This document shows, one piece after another, positions 26,655-36,355 of a DNA stretch of 64,000 nucleotides. Below the pieces are notes generated by a model. The model saw only the letters and a list, made by a program, of their open reading frames with translations. It was not told the origin of the DNA and searched no databases. This DNA comes from an uncultured Ferruginibacter sp. (GTDB lineage Bacteria > Bacteroidota > Bacteroidia > Chitinophagales > Chitinophagaceae), in the NCBI GenBank assembly GCA_964645235.1, contig CAZYAT010000009.1:9374-73373 (forward strand). The letters are read 5' to 3'. Numbering within the stretch: position 1 is the first letter of the stretch; each line of letters opens with the position of its first letter. A program made the position numbers and the translations under genes.

Positions 26655-26842
26655 AGTTGTAAATTTTTAAAAGTTAATAATGCCTTTAAGATGGTTAGTT
26701 ACTTCCATTGTTTACAAAGGATATGTTAAGGGATAATAAGTGTTCGTTAACAGGGCAAAGTACAAGGAGATACCATTCGTCAAAAAGGGCATTGGCGAAT
26801 AAGTATTTTCATTAGCTTAGGACTTTAATAAAAATCAACTGA

Positions 26843-27208
26843 ATGAAAAGTCTATTCGCAGCAATCACCTTGGGTACATTGATCATCTTCGCTTCCTGCG
26901 CAAAAAAAACCACTTCTGCAAGCAGCAGCGCTGCAGAAGCCCCCAAGCCAAAGGTCACTTCCTACTCAGCAGACGTACTTCCGCTGCTGCAGGCCAAATG
27001 CACACCGTGTCATTTTCCGTCAAAAGGTGGTAATAAAGCAAATTTCGAAACCTATGCCACGGCTTTTAAAGCCGGAGCTGAGATGGTTGCCCGTGTACAG
27101 AAAAACCCGGGAGAACGTGGATTTATGCCAATGCGCAACCCTAAACTTTCCGATACAGAGATCGCCATCTTGAAAAAGTGGGTAGAGGGCGGTATGGCAG
27201 AAAACTGA
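26843..27208 (+). CDS. Monoheme c-type cytochrome lipoprotein
   Basis: Lipobox FASC; single CTPCH; distal FMPM; LSDTEIAILKKWV. Confidence 0.85.
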   Translation: MKSLFAAITLGTLIIFASCAKKTTSASSSAAEAPKPKVTSYSADVLPLLQAKCTPCHFPSKGGNKANFETYATAFKAGAEMVARVQKNPGERGFMPMRNPKLSDTEIAILKKWVEGGMAEN

Positions 27209-27215
27209 TCCTTAT

Positions 27216-28262
27216 TCAGGATGCTTTTATTCTTGGATCAACGATCCGGTACAACACATCAGCAACAAAGTTGATGAGGATGAATATGCATGCGCTGAGC
27301 AGCACAGAGCCCATCACAACGGGGTAGTCGAGTTTTTCCAGTGCATCCACGGTGATCTTACCGATGCCTTTCCAGCCGAAAATATATTCAATGAAGAAAG
27401 CCCCGGCCAGCAGTTCTGCGAACCAACCGGTCACTGCCGTGATCACAGGATTAAGTGCATTGCGAAGAGCGTGACGGAAGATGATCATGCCGCTGGGCAA
27501 TCCTTTTGCGTATGCGGTACGGATATAATCCTGGCTCAGCACATCCAGCATAGAACTCCTTGTCAATTGGGTGATGATAGCCAGTGGCCGGATGCCTAAT
27601 GTAAAGGTCGGAAGGACCAGGTTCTTCATGTTCAGGTACCTGCTCCCTGTCACTTCATCGATATCGTACCAACTGCCGGTTAAATTCAGCCCGGTAACAT
27701 CGTGCAGTATAACACCGAATAAAAAAGCAATGATGATCGCCATGAAGAAAGAGGGCGCAGAGATACCGGCTATACTGGAGAAAACGGCCGTGGTATCCCA
27801 CCAGGTATCTTTTTTAACCGCCGCGAGCACTCCCAGCAGAATGCCGATGACTGTTGCGAACAGCATGGCTGTAAAAGCAAGGATCAATGTGCCGGGCAAT
27901 GCTTCCAACAGCAACCGGCCTACCTCTTTCTTGGTTTGATAGCTCTTCCGCAGATAAGGTATTTTAAGGCCTAACTTCGTATTGCCGCCAACGAAAAAGC
28001 CGCTGAGTTGTTTTTTCTCAATATCTGCTTTGCTGTGCAGGCAAAGGGGAGAAACATCATTGAGATAAAGCAGGAATTGTTTCCATTTGGGTTGATCCAG
28101 GTACAGGTCACTGCGGATGTTATCCATTGTTTTTTTATCGCCTGTTTGCCCAACGATCATCCTGGCAGGGTCGCCAAAGCCCTGGAACATCACAAATACC
28201 AATACCACCACTCCAAGCAGTACCAGAAAAGAATAAGCTATTTTTCTTACGATATAACGCAT
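27216..28262 (-). CDS. ABC transporter permease (DppB/OppB type)
   Basis: TRSSMLDVLSQDYIRTAYAKGL, RHALRNAL, DYPVVMG. Confidence 0.92.
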   Translation of the reverse strand: MRYIVRKIAYSFLVLLGVVVLVFVMFQGFGDPARMIVGQTGDKKTMDNIRSDLYLDQPKWKQFLLYLNDVSPLCLHSKADIEKKQLSGFFVGGNTKLGLKIPYLRKSYQTKKEVGRLLLEALPGTLILAFTAMLFATVIGILLGVLAAVKKDTWWDTTAVFSSIAGISAPSFFMAIIIAFLFGVILHDVTGLNLTGSWYDIDEVTGSRYLNMKNLVLPTFTLGIRPLAIITQLTRSSMLDVLSQDYIRTAYAKGLPSGMIIFRHALRNALNPVITAVTGWFAELLAGAFFIEYIFGWKGIGKITVDALEKLDYPVVMGSVLLSACIFILINFVADVLYRIVDPRIKAS

Positions 28263-28303
28263 AAATACAATCCAAATATCGTTGCCATGCCGTCTTCAAT
28301 TCC

Positions 28304-29413
28304 TCAAAGCCCTTTGAAATCGGCCCAACTCCATTTCTTTTTTATCACAGGCCCATCCATCAGGTACAAGGTTGGGTTTACCCTGGCCGCTGTTTTGATG
28401 GCAGTGCCATCGCAACTAAGCACCCTGACATGCACCGGCTCCCGTCCCTTGTTGAACAAACTATCCATTTCACCGGGTTGAGAGGTAATAATAAAATGCG
28501 GTTTGTTCTTATCCCGATGCATAAGGTAACCGATCGAAGCACTCCATGCTTCATCACCCGGGTATTCCTGCATGAACAGGAGGTAATATTCCCCGTTGGT
28601 ATTTAGCAATGCTTCTGTGGTATCGGCTCCTTCTGGTGTTTTGATGATAAAATCGTTGATGAGGGGTGTGTTGTTTTTACCTTTTTGCGCCAGCATTTGT
28701 TTACGCTCCACAAACTCCCAAGTGCTGTCGGGCAATGCGCTAACGGTGAATTCTTTCAGAACCCCGTTCTTTTTATAGACAAAAGAATAGTCGTATTTAT
28801 CCGGCACCGCATCCTTTGGCATCTTCCTTAATTCAAGTATGTTATTACCCGTTTTGAATGGAAGGCAATCAATTACAGGCAGGTACCTCAATACATACCA
28901 TTGCAGGAAAGCCACACCAAATAAACCGATCATTACTATTGTAAAACAGATCGTTTTGGAGAACAAAGGCCTCACGTACTTATTCCCAAACAACAACACT
29001 ACTACCAGGAGGAGAAGAATGATGTCTTTGGTAAATGTCTGTACAGGCGTAAGCGGGATGCAATCCCCAAAACATCCGCAGGCCCTTATTTTACCACTGA
29101 ACAGAACATAACCGGTAAGAAAGGTGAAGAACAATGTGAGCAGCAGGAGCGACCAGGAAACAAGCCTGGGTCTCCACCCAACCAATAAAGAAACACCCAG
29201 CATCACTTCTAAAGCGATCATCAGAACCGAGAACAGTAATGCCTGCTCGTAAAAGGAATCCATCAGGTTTTTAAAGTACCCGCTGGATGCCCATGCTTCA
29301 AAAAACTCCTGCATTTTATATGCAAGTCCGCGGGGATCGATGGCTTTTACGAGGCCGGAAAAAATGAAGAGGGCCCCAACCAGGAAACGGGATGTATTCA
29401 CTATTGTCTTCAT
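28304..29413 (-). CDS. BT_3928-family DoxX/MauE-like membrane protein
   Basis: FIFSGLVKAIDPRG, ACGCFGD, LPVIDCLPFKTG. Confidence 0.85.
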   Translation of the reverse strand: MKTIVNTSRFLVGALFIFSGLVKAIDPRGLAYKMQEFFEAWASSGYFKNLMDSFYEQALLFSVLMIALEVMLGVSLLVGWRPRLVSWSLLLLTLFFTFLTGYVLFSGKIRACGCFGDCIPLTPVQTFTKDIILLLLVVVLLFGNKYVRPLFSKTICFTIVMIGLFGVAFLQWYVLRYLPVIDCLPFKTGNNILELRKMPKDAVPDKYDYSFVYKKNGVLKEFTVSALPDSTWEFVERKQMLAQKGKNNTPLINDFIIKTPEGADTTEALLNTNGEYYLLFMQEYPGDEAWSASIGYLMHRDKNKPHFIITSQPGEMDSLFNKGREPVHVRVLSCDGTAIKTAARVNPTLYLMDGPVIKKKWSWADFKGL

Positions 29414-29426
29414 ACGCCAGTTTGAT

Positions 29427-29978
29427 TTATAGGGCCGGATGTACTTTTTCTTCGATCAGGATCAGGGCAAATACGGCATAGTTGATGATGTCATAAAAAT
29501 TTGCATCGATGCCTTCGCTGATGATGGTCTTACCTTCATTCGAAAGGATCTGCTTGATGCGGAGGATCTTTGCAAGTATGAGGTCAACAAAACTCTCCTG
29601 GCTCATCTCCCGCCATGCTTCACCGTAATCGTGGTTCTTGTCCTGCATGAGTTTCCTGGCGATACTAACTTTATCATTATATAGCTTTGTCACAGTATCC
29701 ACCGGCAGCTCTTCCTCCCTGTCGTCTTTAATATCCAGCTGAATAAGCCCGATGATGCCATAATTAAGAATGCCCTTGAATTCACTGATGATATCATCAC
29801 CGATCTTCTGTACCTGCATCTCCTGGATGGTACGTATACGTTTTGCCTTGATATAGATCTGGTCCGCCACGGAAACGATCCGGTACACCCGCCAGGATGT
29901 CCCGTAATCTTTTGTTTTCTTCAGAAATATTTCCCTGCATGAGTCGATGGCAGCATCGTATTGTTGATTCGTATTCAT
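29427..29978 (-). CDS. DUF1599 domain protein
   Basis: Tandem KTKDYGTSWR / KNHDYGEAWR repeats; DIINYAVF. Confidence 0.9.
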   Translation of the reverse strand: MNTNQQYDAAIDSCREIFLKKTKDYGTSWRVYRIVSVADQIYIKAKRIRTIQEMQVQKIGDDIISEFKGILNYGIIGLIQLDIKDDREEELPVDTVTKLYNDKVSIARKLMQDKNHDYGEAWREMSQESFVDLILAKILRIKQILSNEGKTIISEGIDANFYDIINYAVFALILIEEKVHPAL

Positions 29979-30036
29979 TTTTCGGTGTGCGTTTGTACCT
30001 TAGTGCGATAATGGCTCAAAAATAACGGAAAAACAG

Positions 30037-30870
30037 ATGTACAGTATAAACTGCCGGGGGACCCTGCTCAATATAGAACGGCCATTGGTGATGGGGATCA
30101 TCAATGCAACACCTGATTCATTCTTTGAAGGGCACCTGCCGGGAGGAGTCGGATCAATGGTCTCTCTTGCCGGAAAGATGCTCGCCGATGGCGCCGATAT
30201 ATTGGATATCGGGGGATTGAGCACCCGGCCAGGGAGTATGGCGGTGCCCGTTGCTGAAGAAACAGAGAGGGTGGTGCCTGTGATCAGGCGTATTGCAAGT
30301 GAATACCCAAAAACCATTATTTCGGTTGACACATATAACAGCGTGGTAGCAAAAGCAGCTGTTGAGGCAGGAGCCTCTATAGTGAATGATATCAGCGGGG
30401 GAACCCTGGACAATAATATGCTGCAGACCGTAGCAAAACTGGGAGTGCCCTATATCTGCATGCATATGCAAGGCAGGCCGGAAACGATGCAGCAGGCCCC
30501 CTCCTATACAGACGTTGTCAAGGAAGTACTGGATTTTTTCATTGCAAAAGTCAATGAGTGCAGAAAAGCAGGGATCACCGACATCATCATCGACCCTGGT
30601 TTTGGCTTTGGAAAAACCATCGAACATAATTTTCAATTATTGAAACGGCTGGAAGCTTTTTCCATTTTGAACAAACCGCTGCTGGCCGGCCTATCCCGGA
30701 AGAGCAGCATTTACAAAACCCTGGGTACAACAGCCTCCGGGGCGCTGAATGGAACAACGGTCATGAACACCATCGCATTAATGAACGGGGCATCGATCCT
30801 GCGGGTGCATGATGTAAAAGAAGCAAGGGAAGCTGTCACGCTGTTTGCCACATATAAAAAAGCGCCCTGA
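30037..30870 (+). CDS. folP: Dihydropteroate synthase
   Basis: MGIINATPDSF, DIGGLSTRPG, IDPGFGFGK, GLSRKS, LRVHDV. Confidence 0.97.
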   Translation: MYSINCRGTLLNIERPLVMGIINATPDSFFEGHLPGGVGSMVSLAGKMLADGADILDIGGLSTRPGSMAVPVAEETERVVPVIRRIASEYPKTIISVDTYNSVVAKAAVEAGASIVNDISGGTLDNNMLQTVAKLGVPYICMHMQGRPETMQQAPSYTDVVKEVLDFFIAKVNECRKAGITDIIIDPGFGFGKTIEHNFQLLKRLEAFSILNKPLLAGLSRKSSIYKTLGTTASGALNGTTVMNTIALMNGASILRVHDVKEAREAVTLFATYKKAP

Positions 30871-30887
30871 ATACCCAGGGCGCTTTT
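30858..30887. terminator. Bidirectional terminator overlapping folP stop
   Basis: AAAAGCGCCCTG-aatacc-CAGGGCGCTTTT. Confidence 0.85.
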
Positions 30888-30904
30888 ATGATCTTTTTGA
30901 ATCG

Positions 30905-31948
30905 TTATTTCTTTGTTGCTTTTTCCAGGCTGTCGACTCTTGCTTTTTCAGCTTGCTGGTATTGCTTCATGGCCTCATCCTGTGCCTTCTTCATTTTTTC
31001 ATTGTACGCTTCTTCACTTTGTGCTTCCTTAACCTCCATATCAAATACCAGGATAGCATTGGGTTTTATCTTTTCACCATTACCGGCAGCCCCGTATCCC
31101 AATACGGAAGGAATATAAACCGTGGCTTTAGAACCACTTTTCATATGCTGCAAAGCATCTACCCAGCCAGGGATAACAGAATATTCCCATATTTTCACTT
31201 CGTACGGTAAATGATTGGGGAATTTCGGGTCCACATTGGAATCGAACACGATCGAACTGTCAAAGGTCTTACCGGTGTAATATACGGAAGCCACGCTGTT
31301 GAAATCAATAGCAGCGCCTGTTCCTTCATTCTGGAATGAGATGTAAGTACCCCATTTGGTTTTGGTGGCCTTAATATTGTTCCTGGAAAGATAATCGGCG
31401 ATCGCCTGGTCATCCTTCTTCAGTTGCTCTTTATTCTTCTCCATCTCTTTCTCAAAATCCTCTGTCTGCTTCTTGAACAGTTTTGGCTTCATCTTTATCC
31501 TCTCTGCAGAATTGGCGCTATCGGCCTGTTCTCTTGTCTTAAAGATGTTCACCATTTTGATATGCGTATACAGGAACTTTCCTTTCTTCATATAAGGGGG
31601 AAGTGGCTGGCCGTTCATACGGTTCTGCAAAGTATCGGTCAGTACCCTGATCACCATGCTGTCGCCTATGCGGAGGTTACGCATCACTTTAAAATATTCA
31701 AGAGGTGTGGTGGCCGAATCGAATACCTGTATGCGGGGCATGTATTCGTGGCTGTCGAACAATACGGTATCCTTGGCGCCGCTGTATACCTGTTTAACAT
31801 GCAATTGAATAAAATCGCCGTAACCCACTTTATTACCGCTTCCTTCGGCGATCAGTTTATACTCAAGGCCTTTTTCGCCTTTTTTAAAGCCGCCTGAGCA
31901 GGCTGCGAGAGCCATCACAGTAAAGGCCATGTAAAAAAATTGTTTCAT
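30905..31948 (-). CDS. FKBP-type peptidyl-prolyl isomerase lipoprotein
   Basis: Lipobox LAAC; degenerate N-terminal FKBP-like domain plus VIPGW...YIPSVLGYG...LVFDME. Confidence 0.88.
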   Translation of the reverse strand: MKQFFYMAFTVMALAACSGGFKKGEKGLEYKLIAEGSGNKVGYGDFIQLHVKQVYSGAKDTVLFDSHEYMPRIQVFDSATTPLEYFKVMRNLRIGDSMVIRVLTDTLQNRMNGQPLPPYMKKGKFLYTHIKMVNIFKTREQADSANSAERIKMKPKLFKKQTEDFEKEMEKNKEQLKKDDQAIADYLSRNNIKATKTKWGTYISFQNEGTGAAIDFNSVASVYYTGKTFDSSIVFDSNVDPKFPNHLPYEVKIWEYSVIPGWVDALQHMKSGSKATVYIPSVLGYGAAGNGEKIKPNAILVFDMEVKEAQSEEAYNEKMKKAQDEAMKQYQQAEKARVDSLEKATKK

Positions 31949-31962
31949 CGTTGTTTATTGTT

Positions 31963-32982
31963 TTAAAATTGATAACTGCTTAACTGGCCGGCATTTTCCT
32001 TCATCGCTGCCTTGAATTTTGCCACCACCTCATCCAATGGTTCCTTGTTGAAACCTCCCGCTGCATTGAAATGCCCGCCGCCATTAAAATATTTTCGTGC
32101 AAAGGTATTCACGTCGAAACCACCTTTACTGCGGAAAGAGCTTTTGCGTTCTTCTCCCCGGTCAATGATGATGGCGGCAAGCCGGATACCCTGTATGCTG
32201 AGAGGGAAGTTCACAAGTCCCTCTGTGTCGCCGGTCTTTATATTGTATTTGATCAGGTCAGACTGCGGGATGGCGATCAGGGCGGTGTTATATTCATAGA
32301 ATATCTCCATCCGGTTCATCAGAACGTTACCAATGAACCGAAAGCGGTTTTCGAGGAAATTATCAAACAGCTCTTCATGCACATGGCTATGTTCGAGACC
32401 TTTCTCTTTAAGGTCAGCGATCATCCGATGAACGCTGGCCGAAGTAGAGGGAAAGCGGAAAGACCCCGTATCGGTCATGGTACCGGCATATAAGCAATCG
32501 GCGACCAGTGCATTGATCTTATCGTCGTGGCCACTTGCCTTGATAAAATCGTACACCATTTCCGAAGTAGAGCTTTTGGAAGTATCGCTGCTTCCATAGG
32601 CGAAAGCACTTACCTGCGGTTCCTGGTGGTGATCGATCAGTATCCGTTGAGCATTTGCATTAGCCAGTTTTTCCTCCATCCGCTTGGTCCGGCTCAGCAC
32701 GTTAAAATCAAGGCAGAATATCCAATCGGCTGCATCAATAGCTGCATTGGCCTTTGCTTCAACAGCCTCATAATCGAGTACTTTTTTACAATCCGGCATC
32801 CAGTTCAGGAACGAAGCCCAATTCGTTGGCGAAATAACAGTAACGGTATGGCCGAACTGAATGAGGAAATGGTACAGCCCAAGCGAGGATCCCATGGCAT
32901 CAGCATCGGGTTTCTGGTGCATGGTGATCACCACATTCCTTGGCTGGGTTAACTGTGGGATTATGTCGTTTAACGGCTGCAT
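31963..32982 (-). CDS. DHH-family phosphoesterase (NrnA-like)
   Basis: HQKPDADAMGS, LDFN, IDHH, TDTGSF, GGGHFNAAG. Confidence 0.93.
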   Translation of the reverse strand: MQPLNDIIPQLTQPRNVVITMHQKPDADAMGSSLGLYHFLIQFGHTVTVISPTNWASFLNWMPDCKKVLDYEAVEAKANAAIDAADWIFCLDFNVLSRTKRMEEKLANANAQRILIDHHQEPQVSAFAYGSSDTSKSSTSEMVYDFIKASGHDDKINALVADCLYAGTMTDTGSFRFPSTSASVHRMIADLKEKGLEHSHVHEELFDNFLENRFRFIGNVLMNRMEIFYEYNTALIAIPQSDLIKYNIKTGDTEGLVNFPLSIQGIRLAAIIIDRGEERKSSFRSKGGFDVNTFARKYFNGGGHFNAAGGFNKEPLDEVVAKFKAAMKENAGQLSSYQF

Positions 32983-32990
32983 GAGCGGCG

Positions 32991-32998
32991 CAAAAGTA
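32991..32998 (-). promoter_or_regulatory. sigma-A -7 box of DHH gene
   Basis: Minus-strand TACTTTTG. Confidence 0.7.
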
Positions 32999-33086
32999 AT
33001 TGAAAGTTTCGAGTTTGTTGTTTCCAGTAGTTGTTTTTGATTTGGGAATTATGGTTTTATAACAGGTTTCTAACCAAAAAACAGTA

Positions 33087-33124
33087 AAAACTTAAAACCG
33101 AAAACTGCAAACTGACTATCTTTG
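33087..33124 (+). promoter_or_regulatory. Heptamer array running into the ndk -7 box
   Basis: AAAACTT-AAAACCG-AAAACTG-CAAACTG-ac-TATCTTTG (box at 33117-33124). Confidence 0.7.
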
Positions 33125-33143
33125 CGGCTCAAAAAATACCAGA

Positions 33144-33560
33144 ATGAGTAACAGAACATTTACCATGATCAAACCCGACGCAACAGCAAAGGGACATACC
33201 GGGGCCATCCTATCGATGATCAATGCCGCCGGGTTCCGCATCGTTGCAATGAAAATGACCCGCCTGAGCAAGGAAAAAGCCGGTGAGTTCTATGCCGTAC
33301 ATGCAGCCCGCCCTTTTTACGGGGAATTGGTTGAATTCATGAGCAGCGGACCGATCACTGCGGCCATATTGGAAAAAGACAATGCCGTGGAAGAGTTCCG
33401 CAAACTGATCGGTTCTACCAACCCGGCCGAAGCGGCCGAAGGCACTATCCGGAAATTATACGCCTCATCCATTGGTGAGAATGCCATTCACGGAAGTGAT
33501 AGTAACGAGAATGCCAAGATAGAAGGAGACTTCTTTTTCAGTAAATTGGAACAGTTTTAA
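33144..33560 (+). CDS. ndk: Nucleoside diphosphate kinase
   Basis: [23 protein letters not shown]. Confidence 0.98.
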   Translation: MSNRTFTMIKPDATAKGHTGAILSMINAAGFRIVAMKMTRLSKEKAGEFYAVHAARPFYGELVEFMSSGPITAAILEKDNAVEEFRKLIGSTNPAEAAEGTIRKLYASSIGENAIHGSDSNENAKIEGDFFFSKLEQF

Positions 33561-33578
33561 CTGAATATAACAAAAAAG

Positions 33579-33610
33579 AAATGCCCCTGGTCGACAGGGG
33601 CATTTTCTTT
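33579..33610 (+). terminator. ndk terminator
   Basis: AAATGCCCCTG-gtcga-CAGGGGCATTT followed by T-rich tail. Confidence 0.85.
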
Positions 33611-33777
33611 TAAATCAAGCACAAACAAACATGATTTAGGGTTTGGGTAAAAAGCAGTCTTGCTTTCTTGAGGGATTGTCTGCCCAGTTAACGCCGGAAC
33701 TGCGTTGATATTGCATGAAATAGCCATTTGAAGCAAAATCCGCCACCGGGTACAATAAAGCCTTAAAAGGAATGTTG

Positions 33778-33785
33778 TAGATTTG
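33778..33785 (+). promoter_or_regulatory. sigma-A -7 box of arginase
   Basis: TAGATTTG 23 nt before the ATG. Confidence 0.65.
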
Positions 33786-33808
33786 AATGCATTAACGAAG
33801 CTTCTTTT

Positions 33809-34756
33809 ATGAAAAATATCAAATTAATTGAAGTACCCTCCGAAATAGGGGCAGGCACCCGTGGCGCCAGTTTAGGCATCGAAGCCATCAAGATCGCCGC
33901 CCTCGACTTCATGAGTAATTTCTTTGTTCATTTCCCATCTGAAAAGATCGAAGTGGAGAACCGCATCCTCTTCGAACCCATACAGTCGCCGTACGCCAAA
34001 CGGATGCAGGGGGTACTTACAACTTACGAACGGGTCAGCAAGGCAGTATGCGATTCGATCAAAAGCCACTTTTTCCCTGTTGTCATCAGCGGAGATCACA
34101 GCACTGCCGGGGGCACCATTGCCGGTATCAAAATGGCCAAACCAAAAAGCAAGCTCGGAGTAATCTGGATCGACGCCCATGCCGACCTGCATACCCCCTA
34201 CACCACCCCATCCGGCAACATGCACGGCATGCCACTGGCAGTGTCCATCGGCGAAGACAATAAGGAATGTAAAGTGCACGATCTTGACGAGAAAACAGTC
34301 AAACAATGGGAGCAATTGAAGAATATGGGCAAACTGGGGCAAAAAGTGCTGCCGGAAGATGTTGTGTTCATCTCTTTGCGTGACTATGAGAAAGAGGAAA
34401 AACACCTCATTGAAAAACACGGGATGAAGGTGATCACCACCTCCGAAGTACGGAGAACAGGGGCTGAAAACGTATGCCGCAAGGTGCTGCGTTACCTCAG
34501 TGATTGCACGGATATCTATGTGAGCTTCGATGTAGACAGTCTTGACTCTTCCATCTCAAGGGGAACAGGAACGCCGGTAAGCAATGGGTTGCGTGAACGG
34601 GAGGTGGAAGACCTGATCAGTAAATTCATGCAGAACAGGAAAATATGCTGTTTTGAGATCACTGAAGTGAATCCCACACTTGATAAAGAGAACCTGATGG
34701 CTGAAATTGCCTTCAACATCCTTCAGCGCAGCGTGAATGTGCTGATGATGAATTAG
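33809..34756 (+). CDS. rocF: Arginase
   Basis: GDHS, DAHADLHTP, SGNMHGMP, SFDVDSLD, EVNP. Confidence 0.93.
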   Translation: MKNIKLIEVPSEIGAGTRGASLGIEAIKIAALDFMSNFFVHFPSEKIEVENRILFEPIQSPYAKRMQGVLTTYERVSKAVCDSIKSHFFPVVISGDHSTAGGTIAGIKMAKPKSKLGVIWIDAHADLHTPYTTPSGNMHGMPLAVSIGEDNKECKVHDLDEKTVKQWEQLKNMGKLGQKVLPEDVVFISLRDYEKEEKHLIEKHGMKVITTSEVRRTGAENVCRKVLRYLSDCTDIYVSFDVDSLDSSISRGTGTPVSNGLREREVEDLISKFMQNRKICCFEITEVNPTLDKENLMAEIAFNILQRSVNVLMMN

Positions 34757-34789
34757 AGACATATTCACATACCTGATCCGGGACTGATT

Positions 34790-35383
34790 ATGATAAGGGC
34801 CCTTTGTTTATTCATTACTATCCTTTTAACAAAAGCATCAATCGGGCAAAAGGATTTTTATTTTGAACGGATCAGAGCCTACCAGAAAAATTATGTAGAC
34901 TCACATGAAGTGGTGAAGAAAAATGATAAGAAGTACTTCCGCTTTTTTCCTGTGAACAAACGCTACAATGTTACCTGCCACCTTGAACGGATCACCGACA
35001 CGATCGGCTTTACCATGAAGACATCAGCCAATACCCTGAAGCACTATTACAAATACGGCAGGCTGGATTTTATGATATCCGGAACGGCTTGTCAACTTTT
35101 TGTTTATCAAAGCAAGGACCTGATGAAGACGGAGAAATACAAAGATTATCTGTTTGTTCCCTTTACCGACCTGACTACCGGAGATGAAAGTTATGGCAGC
35201 GGCCGCTATCTGGAATTCTACAGGAAAGATATTCAAGGAGACAACTTGCAGATTGATTTCAATAAAGCATACAATCCCTACTGCGCCTACTCCCCCGGTT
35301 TCAAATGCCCCATTCCGCCTCTTGAAAATGCATTGAATATTGCGATCAAAGCAGGTGAAAAGAATTTTGCAAAACCCCATTGA
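34790..35383 (+). CDS. DUF1684 domain protein
   Basis: PFTDLTTGDESYGSGRYL, DFNKAYNPYCAY, CPIPP. Confidence 0.9.
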   Translation: MIRALCLFITILLTKASIGQKDFYFERIRAYQKNYVDSHEVVKKNDKKYFRFFPVNKRYNVTCHLERITDTIGFTMKTSANTLKHYYKYGRLDFMISGTACQLFVYQSKDLMKTEKYKDYLFVPFTDLTTGDESYGSGRYLEFYRKDIQGDNLQIDFNKAYNPYCAYSPGFKCPIPPLENALNIAIKAGEKNFAKPH

Positions 35384-35384
35384 T

Positions 35385-36290
35385 ATGCAAAATACCAGCC
35401 AGCTACTGATGATACGCCCTGCCCGATTCGGGTTCAATGTTCAGACGTCAGTGAACAATTCATTCCAGCAGGATACCGGTCATGTACACGCAAAAGCCTT
35501 GCAGGAATTCGACGCTTTTGTAACGGTACTGAGGAAAAATAAGTTGAACGTGACGGTCATTGAAGACACACCCGAACCATTCACACCCGATTCCATCTTC
35601 CCGAATAACTGGATATCTTTTCATGATAACGGAAGAATATTCCTGTACCCGATGTTTGCACCTAACAGGAGAAAAGAAAGGAAGGAACATGTACTGAAAG
35701 CGATCGGTGAAAAATTTATTGTTAATGAAATAGCTGACCTCAGCAAATATGAAAACGATGGCCTTTTTCTTGAAGGGACCGGCAGTATGGTACTCGACAG
35801 GAATGAACGAATTGCCTATGCCTGCCTTTCTCCCCGAACGGACAGAGTGGTCCTGGATGAATTCTGCAGGTTGAGTGGTTATTCTGCCATTACATTTACA
35901 GCTACCGACCGGGCAGCCGCTCCTATTTACCACACCAATGTGATGATGTGCATTGCAGACCGCTATTCGGTCGTTTGCCTTGAGTCCATCAGTGTCGATA
36001 AAGAAAGAAACACGCTGATTAATTCTTTTCAAAGATCGAATAAGGAATTGATCGATATCAGCCCCGAACAGCTGGAGAAATTTGCGGGTAATATGTTGCA
36101 GGTAATGAACACCGACGGTGAACAATTACTGGCTTTGTCGTCACAGGCTTACCGGTCATTGAACGCGGAACAGCTGAAGACACTTCAAGCGTACAACCGC
36201 ATCATCCATTCCCCGCTCGATACCATTGAAGCTGCAGGAGGAGGAAGCGCCCGTTGCATGATGGCCGAAGTGTTCCTGGATAAAAAATAA
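35385..36290 (+). CDS. Amidinotransferase-fold hydrolase (CtlX / citrulline-utilisation type)
   Basis: TPDSIFPNNW, LEGTGSMVLD, YHTNVMM, GGGSARCM; start MQNTSQLLM. Confidence 0.88.
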   Translation: MQNTSQLLMIRPARFGFNVQTSVNNSFQQDTGHVHAKALQEFDAFVTVLRKNKLNVTVIEDTPEPFTPDSIFPNNWISFHDNGRIFLYPMFAPNRRKERKEHVLKAIGEKFIVNEIADLSKYENDGLFLEGTGSMVLDRNERIAYACLSPRTDRVVLDEFCRLSGYSAITFTATDRAAAPIYHTNVMMCIADRYSVVCLESISVDKERNTLINSFQRSNKELIDISPEQLEKFAGNMLQVMNTDGEQLLALSSQAYRSLNAEQLKTLQAYNRIIHSPLDTIEAAGGGSARCMMAEVFLDKK

Positions 36291-36355
36291 ACAGGCAACC
36301 AACCCTTCCCCTGGGGCGAAAACTTAATTATCTTGCAAAACAATAAACCATACAT

